From IMG/VR virus record IMGVR_UViG_3300042307_000844: a DNA stretch of 64,000 nt, one strand, 5' to 3'. Both the position numbers and the translations under genes were made by a program. Positions within the stretch are counted from its first letter, which is position 1. Each line of letters begins with the position of its first letter. Below the pieces are notes generated by a model, which saw only the letters and a list, made by a program, of their open reading frames with translations, was not told where the DNA came from and ran no database searches. This DNA comes from a virus (Duplodnaviria > Caudoviricetes). This document shows, piece after piece, positions 9,373 to 17,274 of the stretch.

Positions 9373-9738
9373 TTATTGTTGGTAAAGTGTATCGTGGACG
9401 GTGATAGTTCCAGCACTGAGGTTTGCGGTAAATGAGTGGGTGGGATACTTGACATCAACCGTTGCTCCATCCCCTTTGGCCAACATCAGAATAAATTGTG
9501 TAAGCTCCCCATGGAATTGAAAAATCTTAAAAACATCCGACCCCATCTCATCAATTATTTCCTGCGGAGTGAGGGTTTCGTCCTCCCAAACAATCTCAAT
9601 ACCTTCTCGTTGGGTTCTCACCAAATTACTGAAACATTCCTTGGAAAGATTTTTGATACGGGATACCGCTTGTTTCAATAGGACTTCCTTATTGGGTGTC
9701 GGGGGTGGTGGTAGTGTGTTATTACCTAGTATAGACAT
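9373..9738 (-). CDS. Hypothetical protein
   Basis: 121-aa ORF, 5 nt after CTAAATA. Confidence 0.7.
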   Translation of the reverse strand: MSILGNNTLPPPPTPNKEVLLKQAVSRIKNLSKECFSNLVRTQREGIEIVWEDETLTPQEIIDEMGSDVFKIFQFHGELTQFILMLAKGDGATVDVKYPTHSFTANLSAGTITVHDTLYQQ

Positions 9739-9743
9739 ATCAT

Positions 9744-9750
9744 TATTTAG
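9744..9750 (-). promoter_or_regulatory. Late promoter box
   Basis: CTAAATA-ATGAT-ATG. Confidence 0.7.
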
Positions 9751-10542
9751 TCATTTCTTCCAAAATTCATAACCATCCAATCCTTTACATATTTCATCCC
9801 CCAAAATTTCTTTAGCTTTTGAACTGGATGGGGTGACTTTACTCTTAATTTTATGTAAATCGACATAATTATAAACACCATCATCTTCTGGTGTTTGGTT
9901 CAATATGTTTTCAAAATCATGTTCACATTTGGGTATATTGAGGAAATCCCAAATTACGTCCATGACAATTTTAGGATTATGTGTCAGGTAATCATAATCC
10001 ACCAAAAGGAATCTATCCCCCAATCCTCTTAAAAAAGCATCCTTCAATATTGCGTAAGCAGCACCGACTTCCCCCTCCAAACTTGCCCAATGCATCATCC
10101 TACCTTCAGTTGTTAAACATTGGGGCATTGGTCCTTGGGGGTTGAACTTGTAGGAACCCTTTCGATATAATAATTCGAAAGACGCAAGAACATCCTTTAT
10201 ATCTCTAACTGGTGCTATGATCTTGGTTTTTTTATTGGTGATTGCCTCCAACATTTCAATGGAGAATCCCCACCCCCTACATTTGTCGATGACATACGGT
10301 TTTTCGGTATTATGGTAGGAATGTAATACAGTGTTGAGGATACGCTTCAAATTTTCATCATTACCAGCGTTTTTATCAGATCGATGTTCAATGATATTAC
10401 CCCACGATGTTTTGATATTATTCATCAATTGATTCAAACCCGATGTAGGAGTACAGAATACTTTAGGATTTTGTGCCATCAGATTCATCAGAAGAGTGCT
10501 TCCCGATCTGGGTAAGCCAGACACATAAAATATATCTCTCAT
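9751..10542 (-). CDS. Sulfotransferase family protein
   Basis: PAPS-binding loop GLPRSGSTLL; IDKCRGW; IIAPVRDIKDVLASF; LLVDYDYLTHNP...IWDFL. Confidence 0.85.
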   Translation of the reverse strand: MRDIFYVSGLPRSGSTLLMNLMAQNPKVFCTPTSGLNQLMNNIKTSWGNIIEHRSDKNAGNDENLKRILNTVLHSYHNTEKPYVIDKCRGWGFSIEMLEAITNKKTKIIAPVRDIKDVLASFELLYRKGSYKFNPQGPMPQCLTTEGRMMHWASLEGEVGAAYAILKDAFLRGLGDRFLLVDYDYLTHNPKIVMDVIWDFLNIPKCEHDFENILNQTPEDDGVYNYVDLHKIKSKVTPSSSKAKEILGDEICKGLDGYEFWKK

Positions 10543-11411
10543 TTTATGATGTTTTCGATATTGAAAATTTGATAAATATTATCATATGGGCATTCATGGA
10601 TGATTCCATTGAAACTATAATCATATAAATACGAATTAATATTACCCTTTGGAAAGGTAACAGGGGGAGTTATATTATTATGCATGTCATAACCAAATAC
10701 TTCCGGTTGTGTCCCAACCCACACCACTGTTGATGGTAATCCCATGGCAGCCGCAGCATGTTGTAAAGAAGAGTCGATTAGAATTCTTTTTTTAGAAAGA
10801 TTCAACATGGCACATAAAATCTTTTTATTTTGATTTTTATCATAGCGAATCACATTTTGTAATTGAGGATGGTGGGGGTGACAAATATGCAATATCGTAT
10901 ATTGTTCTTTAAGATTATTGATTATTTGTTGAGCAATGAAAGGATGAATATCCCTTGTCCATGAGTATGGAAATTCTTGGTTTTGTGCGCCTCCAAATGG
11001 TTGGAAGATGAGAATGGGTTTATCAGTTTGAGGTAGTAACGCTCTGGGTATTTCCCCTTCCCTAAAATTAAAATAAATGTTTGGATTTAAACCATCGTAA
11101 TTAATCCCTATCATATCACACCACGATTTCACCAGAGGTTGTTGTTTGGTGATATGATTTGTTGTTTTATATGGATCATGTGCAAATATTTCACAATCTT
11201 TATCGAAGATAAAGTCCTCATAAAAATACGGAGTATTTCCCAATAGATAACACCTATCAATATCAGGATTTCCTTGAAAAATGTCAGGATATGCAGAATT
11301 TACTATAATGTTGTGGATTGGATGTTCCTTTTTATAGGAACGGATAACCGAAGTGGCTACAATGTTTTTACCCAACCCCCCCTCAATATGAAAAATAGCA
11401 TTTTTTATCAT
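10539..11411 (-). CDS. Glycosyltransferase, GT9 (heptosyltransferase)-like GT-B fold
   Basis: HIEGGLGKNIVATSVIR at the N-terminus; ILIDSSLQHAAAAMGLPSTVVW at the C-terminus. Confidence 0.7.
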   Translation of the reverse strand: MIKNAIFHIEGGLGKNIVATSVIRSYKKEHPIHNIIVNSAYPDIFQGNPDIDRCYLLGNTPYFYEDFIFDKDCEIFAHDPYKTTNHITKQQPLVKSWCDMIGINYDGLNPNIYFNFREGEIPRALLPQTDKPILIFQPFGGAQNQEFPYSWTRDIHPFIAQQIINNLKEQYTILHICHPHHPQLQNVIRYDKNQNKKILCAMLNLSKKRILIDSSLQHAAAAMGLPSTVVWVGTQPEVFGYDMHNNITPPVTFPKGNINSYLYDYSFNGIIHECPYDNIYQIFNIENIIK

Positions 11412-11416
11412 ATTGC

Positions 11417-11424
11417 TATTTATA
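11417..11424 (-). promoter_or_regulatory. Late promoter, exact T4 consensus, for GT9-like plus sulfotransferase
   Basis: TATAAATA-GCAAT-ATG. Confidence 0.8.
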
Positions 11425-11429
11425 TAACA

Positions 11430-12659
11430 TTAAACGGAAAGCAACGCTATTTTCTTCATAGTTCCATTTATGTTTACAACTAAACAGTTGCCGCTATTAA
11501 CAGTTGATAGTGGGTATGCTGACGACCCCAACACTAATTGATTGTGTGATGTGGGGATGGCACAAGAGCCAAGGGCGATTGAAGCTGATAGAGAGGCACC
11601 GTTACCTGCGTTATAACCAATGAATATAGAGTGACATGCGTTTGTGGCACCGTTACCTGCGTTATAACCAAGGAAATTGGAGTTGGATGCGCATGTGGCA
11701 CAGTAACCTGCGCGATTACCAAAGAAATTGGAGTTGGATGCGTTTGTGGCACCGTTACCTGAACATCGACCAAAGAAATTGGAGTTGGATGCGTTCGTGG
11801 CACCGTTACCTGCGTTTGAACCAAAGAAATTGGAGTTACCTGTGTTCGTGACACCGTTACCTGCGTTTGAACCAAAGAAATTGGAGTTGTTTGTGAACGT
11901 GGCACCGTTACCTGCGTTATAACCAAGGAAATTGGATCTAAATGCGCCTGTGGCACCGTTACCTGCGCCATTACCAAGGAAATTGGAGTTGGATGCGATC
12001 GTGGCACCGTTACCTGAACATCGACCAAAGAAATTGGAGTTGGATGCGCATGTGGCACCGTTACCTGCGTTATAACCAAGGAAATTGGAGTTGGATGCGC
12101 ATGTGGCACAGTTACCTACACCATTACCAAAGAAATTGGAGTTGGATGCGCATGTGGCACCGTTACCTACACCATTACCAAAGAAATTGGAGTTGGATGC
12201 GTTCGTGGCACCGTTACCTGAACATCGACCAAAGAAATTGGAGTTGGATGCGTTCGTGGCACCGTTACCTGCGTTATAACCAAGGAAATTGGAGAAACAT
12301 GCGCATGTGGCACCGTTACCTGCGCGATTACCACCAAACAAACTATTACCACCCACTGTCGCAGATAAAGGAAATCCTCCGACATTTATTGAACTTGTGG
12401 TGAACGTTTGGGTAGATGAAAAATTATTATTGACATTAACCTTTGCATAATTGGCGGAATTTGAGGAAAATGTGGTGTAAGTGTTTTGCCAATTGGCAGA
12501 TAAGGTAGAAACATCAGAACCCCGCCCAATAAAATTACTCAAAACACTGGAATAAGTGCTTCCATTTTGATTGATGATAGCCACTTCATTACCAATAATG
12601 GGTAATGTTGCGGATGGTATTTGAGAAATCTTCGGCATACGATTATTTAATGTTGACAT
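11430..12659 (-). CDS. Fibre-like beta-solenoid protein with about 14-15 17-aa repeats
   Basis: Repeats GxxAGNGATxASNSNF(F/L); N-terminal PKISQIP...IIGNEVAIINQNGSTY attachment-like segment. Confidence 0.7.
   Translation of the reverse strand: MSTLNNRMPKISQIPSATLPIIGNEVAIINQNGSTYSSVLSNFIGRGSDVSTLSANWQNTYTTFSSNSANYAKVNVNNNFSSTQTFTTSSINVGGFPLSATVGGNSLFGGNRAGNGATCACFSNFLGYNAGNGATNASNSNFFGRCSGNGATNASNSNFFGNGVGNGATCASNSNFFGNGVGNCATCASNSNFLGYNAGNGATCASNSNFFGRCSGNGATIASNSNFLGNGAGNGATGAFRSNFLGYNAGNGATFTNNSNFFGSNAGNGVTNTGNSNFFGSNAGNGATNASNSNFFGRCSGNGATNASNSNFFGNRAGYCATCASNSNFLGYNAGNGATNACHSIFIGYNAGNGASLSASIALGSCAIPTSHNQLVLGSSAYPLSTVNSGNCLVVNINGTMKKIALLSV
11570..12332 (-). repeat. 51-bp coding tandem repeat, 14 full units plus one degenerate
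   Basis: Unit on + strand e.g. ggcaccgttacctgcgttataaccaaggaaattggagttggatgcgcatgt. Confidence 0.9.
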
Positions 12660-12689
12660 ATGAAAAACTCTAAATAAATTCCTACATCG

Positions 12690-12908
12690 ATGAAAAAGAA
12701 TACGATACTGAAAAAATTGGAACTACACGAAGAGAAAATCATCAAATCCATTATGGATTTACAGGATTTCCTTCATACCGTGGATGACGAAGAGATTTCC
12801 CAAATGGCTGATGATTTATGTGAGGGCATACAGGGATATCTATACGAAAATGATATTTGTAATTTGGAAAACGTTCGGGAATTTATTGAAAACGTATATG
12901 AAGCTTAA
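12690..12908 (+). CDS. Small acidic hypothetical protein
   Basis: 72-aa ORF overlapping the start of the next gene. Confidence 0.6.
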   Translation: MKKNTILKKLELHEEKIIKSIMDLQDFLHTVDDEEISQMADDLCEGIQGYLYENDICNLENVREFIENVYEA

Positions 12909-13812
12909 TTTATTAATTTTAGGAAAAGGTTACGTCAGCAATCACCTCTTCAATCATCTGAAAAATGATTTTAACGTGATTATCCAATCGGCTAAAGAAA
13001 TGGATTACCACAATGCAAATACATTACATAAATTTCTTCTCAATAATGATATTGACACGGTGATCAATTGTTCAGGATTCACGGGAAGACCCAATATTGA
13101 CGAAGCTGAGAAAAAAAAAGAGCTTTGTTGGGATTTGAACACAACATCTCCTCTAAGAGTGAATGCCATATGCAATACCAGAAATATAAATTATCTTCAT
13201 ATCTCATCTGGTTGTGTTTATGATGGTTATGAGAAAGTGTGGAGTGAGGAAGATTCCCCGAATTATGGATTGTTCTGTAACAGGGCTTCATTCTACTCCA
13301 AATCCAAACACGCTTTTGAAAACCTATCAAAAACCATGGATAATATAATTCTGCGCGTTCGTATGCCATTCCATTACGAATCATCTGGTAGGAATTATTT
13401 GAACAAAATTAGACAATACAACGATCTGATCAATTTCCGCAATTCCAAGACATATATTCCCGATTTCTGCGAATTTGTAAGAAATCTTTTGATTAAAAAA
13501 GTCGGTAAATGGAAAGGACAGAACATCTACAATGTCATCAATCCGGGGGCATTGACCACTCAGGAAGTATGTGATATTATGAAAGAATACGGTTTCCACA
13601 ACGATAATTGGAAATTCGTATATCTTGCCGATCTTCCCATTGCCACGGGTAGGAGCAATTGCGTTCTGGATGGCTCAAAATCGAAGGAAATCTATGAGAT
13701 GCGATTTGAGAAAGATGTAATGAAAGAATGCTTCAATAAAATGCTTGAGAAACAAGCGGAAGACAAGAGAATCAAACAAGAAATAGAGGAAAAATATGCA
13801 AGAGAATATTAA
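12898..13812 (+). CDS. RmlD-like / NRS-ER-type NDP-4-keto-6-deoxyglucose epimerase-reductase (SDR)
   Basis: Start moved to MKLNLLILGKGYVS (Rossmann); VINCSGFTGRPNIDEAE; HISSGCVYDG; SFYSKSK (YxxxK); LRVRMP. Confidence 0.8.
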   Translation: MKLNLLILGKGYVSNHLFNHLKNDFNVIIQSAKEMDYHNANTLHKFLLNNDIDTVINCSGFTGRPNIDEAEKKKELCWDLNTTSPLRVNAICNTRNINYLHISSGCVYDGYEKVWSEEDSPNYGLFCNRASFYSKSKHAFENLSKTMDNIILRVRMPFHYESSGRNYLNKIRQYNDLINFRNSKTYIPDFCEFVRNLLIKKVGKWKGQNIYNVINPGALTTQEVCDIMKEYGFHNDNWKFVYLADLPIATGRSNCVLDGSKSKEIYEMRFEKDVMKECFNKMLEKQAEDKRIKQEIEEKYAREY

Positions 13813-14548
13813 GCGTGGTATTGTGCTTTCGGGTGGGAGGGCAACCCGTCTTTACCCTGTAACCAAGGTAATATCAAAACAGCTTTTAAATTTATACAAT
13901 AAGCCCGTCATTGCATTTCCACTCCAAACACTGAAGGATATGGGATATGTTGACATTCTCATTATTAATGCCGATGAGGATCAACAGAAACAATTCAAGA
14001 TTCTGCTTGGAGATGGAAGTAAATTCGGATTGAATCTTTCTTACGCTATTCAAGATTCCCCAAAGGGATTGGTGGATGCTTTCATTGTTGGAGAGGAATT
14101 TATCAAAGATGCTGATGAAATATGCTTAATTCTTGGAGATAATGTCATTATTGGCAATTCCCCCATTCATCCCCAACCAAACACTATTTACACCTACAAG
14201 GTAAAAGACCCTTCAGCATATGGTGTAGTTGAAACGGATGAAAACGATAATATTATTCAAATTGTGGAAAAACCCAAGGAATTCATCTCAGAGGATGCTG
14301 TGATTGGTCTTTACGTGTTTTCCAATGAAGTTGTGGAAATGGCTAAAAAGGTAAAACCATCTGCTAGGGGAGAACTGGAAATCGTTGACCTGATTCGTTT
14401 GATGAATGATAAAGAAGGTGTAGGGGTTGAGAAATTGGATGGATTTTGGTTCGACGTTGGCACATTTTCTAGTTTATTGGATTGTGCTAATCTTGTTAGA
14501 ACTATCGATGAACGCTCAAATCACTCAATCGGGCTTGATTTGTCTTGA
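13796..14548 (+). CDS. rmlA: Glucose-1-phosphate thymidylyltransferase
   Basis: GIVLSGGRATRLYPVTKVISKQLL; QDSPKGLVDAF; ILGDN; IVEKP; PSARGELEI; WFDVGT. Confidence 0.9.
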   Translation: MQENIKRGIVLSGGRATRLYPVTKVISKQLLNLYNKPVIAFPLQTLKDMGYVDILIINADEDQQKQFKILLGDGSKFGLNLSYAIQDSPKGLVDAFIVGEEFIKDADEICLILGDNVIIGNSPIHPQPNTIYTYKVKDPSAYGVVETDENDNIIQIVEKPKEFISEDAVIGLYVFSNEVVEMAKKVKPSARGELEIVDLIRLMNDKEGVGVEKLDGFWFDVGTFSSLLDCANLVRTIDERSNHSIGLDLS

Positions 14549-14562
14549 ATGTGTGATAATTT
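14535..14562 (+). promoter_or_regulatory. Sigma70-like promoter for gp44
   Basis: TTGATT-N16-TAATTT-N6-ATG. Confidence 0.5.
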
Positions 14563-14568
14563 CCAATC

Positions 14569-15492
14569 ATGGAAGAGCAAATTTGGGTGGAAAAATACAG
14601 ACCACAGACCTTGGATGATCTGATGGTAGATGATAATACTAGAAAAATTATTCAAAATTTTGGTAAAAAAATACCCCATTTATTGTTGACTGGTAAACCC
14701 GGAGTGGGAAAAACCACCTTAGCTAAAATCATCGCCAAAGATATTCTCAACTGTGACTTTTTATATATAAATGCTTCCGATGAGAATGGTATTGACACCA
14801 TCAGGGAAAAAGTAATTGGGTTTGCACAGACAAGAAGCTTTGACGGGGGGTTGAAAATCATCATCCTTGATGAGTGTGATGGGCAAAGCAAAAATGCTCA
14901 AAATGCTCTTCGCAATGTGATGGAGTCTTACGCATCAACCACCAGATTCATCCTAACTGGTAATAATAAATATAAGATTGAACCCGCCCTACAATCCCGT
15001 TGCCAGAGTCTCACGCTCCATACATCCCTGAAAGATGTCACCCGTAGGTGTCTGGAGATTCTGAAAAAGGAAAATGTTGAGATTCCTGATAACCAGAAGA
15101 AACCTTTGGTTGCCCTGATCAAAAGCCATTATCCTGATATCAGAAAATGTATCAATGAATTGGAAAAATATTCCAAATCCGGTATTCTCTCCATTGAGAC
15201 GAAAAAAGACACCAATCAGGTGATGGATTTGATTTACACCAATCTCCAATCGGGAGATACTTTGAAAACACGTAAATTCCTGATTGAGAACGAGGAATTA
15301 TTCGATTCCGATCACGAATCTTTGTTGAAAGACCTTTTGAATTATTTCTACGATCTCTCCATGGATGATACCACAAAAAAACAGGCTATCCTTATCATTG
15401 CGGAGAGCCTGTTTAAGATGATGTCCGTTACGGACAGAGAGATTTGTGCTATTGCTTGCTTGCTACAGCTTGAGGAATTATTTCCAGAATAA
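14569..15492 (+). CDS. gp44: Clamp loader AAA+ subunit (T4 gp44 / RFC-like)
   Basis: WVEKYRPQTL; GKPGVGKTT; INASDENGID; IILDECD; QNALRNVME; LQSRC. Confidence 0.93.
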   Translation: MEEQIWVEKYRPQTLDDLMVDDNTRKIIQNFGKKIPHLLLTGKPGVGKTTLAKIIAKDILNCDFLYINASDENGIDTIREKVIGFAQTRSFDGGLKIIILDECDGQSKNAQNALRNVMESYASTTRFILTGNNKYKIEPALQSRCQSLTLHTSLKDVTRRCLEILKKENVEIPDNQKKPLVALIKSHYPDIRKCINELEKYSKSGILSIETKKDTNQVMDLIYTNLQSGDTLKTRKFLIENEELFDSDHESLLKDLLNYFYDLSMDDTTKKQAILIIAESLFKMMSVTDREICAIACLLQLEELFPE

Positions 15493-16170
15493 TTTATCCA
15501 AATCCTCTTCTGCCTCTGATGGAGAACCCGGAAGATATTTATCTAAGCGGTTTTGCACAATCTTGCTCTTGTTTGGGTTTTGAATTATTTCAGAATTCTC
15601 TACATCCATTTGCTGTTGTGGTAAAGGAGGAGGTGTTGCACCAGATTGTTTTGGTAAAGGAGGAGGTGTTGCACCAGATTGTTTTGGTAAAGGGGGAGGT
15701 GTTGCACCAGATTGTTGTGGTAGCGGAGGAGGTGTTGCACCACTCACGCTTTTCTTGAGGTGTCCGAGAGCAGCATTGATACCAGACACAATTTCAATGT
15801 TACCAATGTCCAACCCAAGCTTTTTAATATCATTTTTAATATCAGCGACAAATGAGTCAATACGTTTGTCAATATTCTTTTGAAGATACTGGACTTTAGC
15901 ATTGTGACCAGAAACCATACCTTCTCCCGATGCTTGTTGACCTTGTTGGGAATATTCCTGACCTTTTCTGGATAACTTATCACTTTCAATCCAATCTCCA
16001 GCTTTGCTAAGGGCAGAACCACCAGCTTGTTGAAAACCACCTTTGATTTGTTGACCCAAACCCTTGGCGGAACCCAGAGCTTCGGCTCCCCGTGCCTTGA
16101 GACGATCCATCCATCCTTCCTCAAGAAGTTCTTCCAAATTGCGCTGGTCTTTGTTATTGAATTGTGCCAT
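15478..16170 (-). CDS. Hypothetical protein with four SGATPPPLP repeats, probable head-internal protein
   Basis: N-terminal LEELLEE followed by GWMDRLKARGA; Gly/Gln-rich middle; Pro-rich repeats. Confidence 0.65.
   Translation of the reverse strand: MAQFNNKDQRNLEELLEEGWMDRLKARGAEALGSAKGLGQQIKGGFQQAGGSALSKAGDWIESDKLSRKGQEYSQQGQQASGEGMVSGHNAKVQYLQKNIDKRIDSFVADIKNDIKKLGLDIGNIEIVSGINAALGHLKKSVSGATPPPLPQQSGATPPPLPKQSGATPPPLPKQSGATPPPLPQQQMDVENSEIIQNPNKSKIVQNRLDKYLPGSPSEAEEDLDKLFWK
15614..15744 (-). repeat. 33-bp coding tandem repeat x4 (SGATPPPLP[K/Q]Q)
   Basis: + strand ggtaaaggaggaggtgttgcaccagattgtttt repeated. Confidence 0.85.
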
Positions 16171-16174
16171 ATTA

Positions 16175-16426
16175 TTATTTATTCTTTTTTCCCCAATTAA
16201 CTCTTTTGGAGCTTTTCTTTTTATACATCTTACCTTTTATTTTTTTACAGTCTGCCTTTGTAGCTCTACATGCAGGGTAAGAACCTTTTGAGGTATCCTT
16301 CCTACCACATGGACCTCCCGTTTTACAATTGATCCAACCTTTAAATTTTTTACCTTCCTTATCTACATGAGGAGCAAACCAATCACGTAAATTTTCCAGT
16401 AATTCTCTTTGGGACATCTGTTCCAT
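16175..16426 (-). CDS. Small basic Cys-containing phage protein
   Basis: LRDWF...GWINCKTGGPCGRK...YPACR, a module I recall from large-phage head-associated genes. Confidence 0.65.
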   Translation of the reverse strand: MEQMSQRELLENLRDWFAPHVDKEGKKFKGWINCKTGGPCGRKDTSKGSYPACRATKADCKKIKGKMYKKKSSKRVNWGKKNK

Positions 16427-17241
16427 TATTTTTCACTATTTCCCCAATTTTTTGCTCCCACTTTTCTACATTTGACCAATGCTCCAGAGGCATATGCACT
16501 AGGCCATACATCATATCGAGATTTTACTTTTTCATAACAAGCATCTTGTTCGTCTTCTTCTCCGCATTCTTCGTTATCTTCTTCTTCATCCCCATCTTCA
16601 TCATCACCGAAGACTTTTTTACCTATATTTTCTTTCCAATCTTCTAATTCACCATTTTTATTTCTATCGGCTTTTTTGAAATCAAATTTTTCTTGCAATA
16701 TTTCATCATAAATATTACCCAATTCTTTGGTGAAATCCCAAGACTTGGATTCTCCTGCCAATTTCAGATCGGTGGGGGTATTCTTGCCATTTCCCTTGTC
16801 AGTGACATTGGTGATGATATTAGGATCGATTTTAAGCTGCTTGGGCTTGATGATCACAACGTCTTTTTTCTTGAATTTGTCTGGAACTGGAACTCCTGCG
16901 CTCACATCCACCATATCAACCATGTCGGGAGTCACTGTGACTCTACCATACGTTCTACCACCACCATGATCGGCAGCAATGGTGAGAACGACCTGTGATG
17001 CTGGTTTGAATTGATTCCCAACGGAATATCCCGATTGCTTATCTCCAACTTGGCATACCTTGATGTTCAGTCCACAAGTTGCCAATTCATCCACTTCTTT
17101 CTTGAGTGTGGATGGCATATACTTGTAAGTTTCCGTGTTCTTATATCCATCACGGAACTTTACAATATCACCGTTAAGGTACCCCCCAATTTCCGAACGT
17201 GACACAACCGCTTCAAATATCTGATCAAATTTCTTGCCCAT
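16426..17241 (-). CDS. Hypothetical virion protein with C-terminal WPSAYASG module (DUF5872-like)
   Basis: DACYEKVKSRYDVWPSAYASGALVKCRKVGAKNWG; late box 5 nt upstream. Confidence 0.65.
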   Translation of the reverse strand: MGKKFDQIFEAVVSRSEIGGYLNGDIVKFRDGYKNTETYKYMPSTLKKEVDELATCGLNIKVCQVGDKQSGYSVGNQFKPASQVVLTIAADHGGGRTYGRVTVTPDMVDMVDVSAGVPVPDKFKKKDVVIIKPKQLKIDPNIITNVTDKGNGKNTPTDLKLAGESKSWDFTKELGNIYDEILQEKFDFKKADRNKNGELEDWKENIGKKVFGDDEDGDEEEDNEECGEEDEQDACYEKVKSRYDVWPSAYASGALVKCRKVGAKNWGNSEK

Positions 17242-17246
17242 AGGAT

Positions 17247-17269
17247 TATTTAGTCATTTACTCTAAATA
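17247..17269. promoter_or_regulatory. Divergent pair of late promoter boxes
   Basis: Minus CTAAATA-ATCCT-ATG (17247-17253); plus CTAAATA-TTAAC-ATG (17263-17269). Confidence 0.75.
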
Positions 17270-17274
17270 TTAAC

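Noticed and set aside
8406-9404. Plus-strand hydrophobic ORFs overlapping the acidic core gene
   Set aside because: Antisense products of GAA/GAT-rich codons; no promoter or coupling
11570-12332. Regular 51-bp repeats as a possible CRISPR array
   Set aside because: No unique spacers; units are contiguous, a multiple of 3 and encode an in-frame protein repeat; no cas genes. The overlapping MRLWHRY/MELDA ORFs are frame shadows
12784-12897. Extended N-termini given by the ORF track (also 18809, 20858, 27724, 39507, 9470)
   Set aside because: They overlap upstream genes; downstream starts fit domain boundaries and, in several cases, the 5-nt late-box rule
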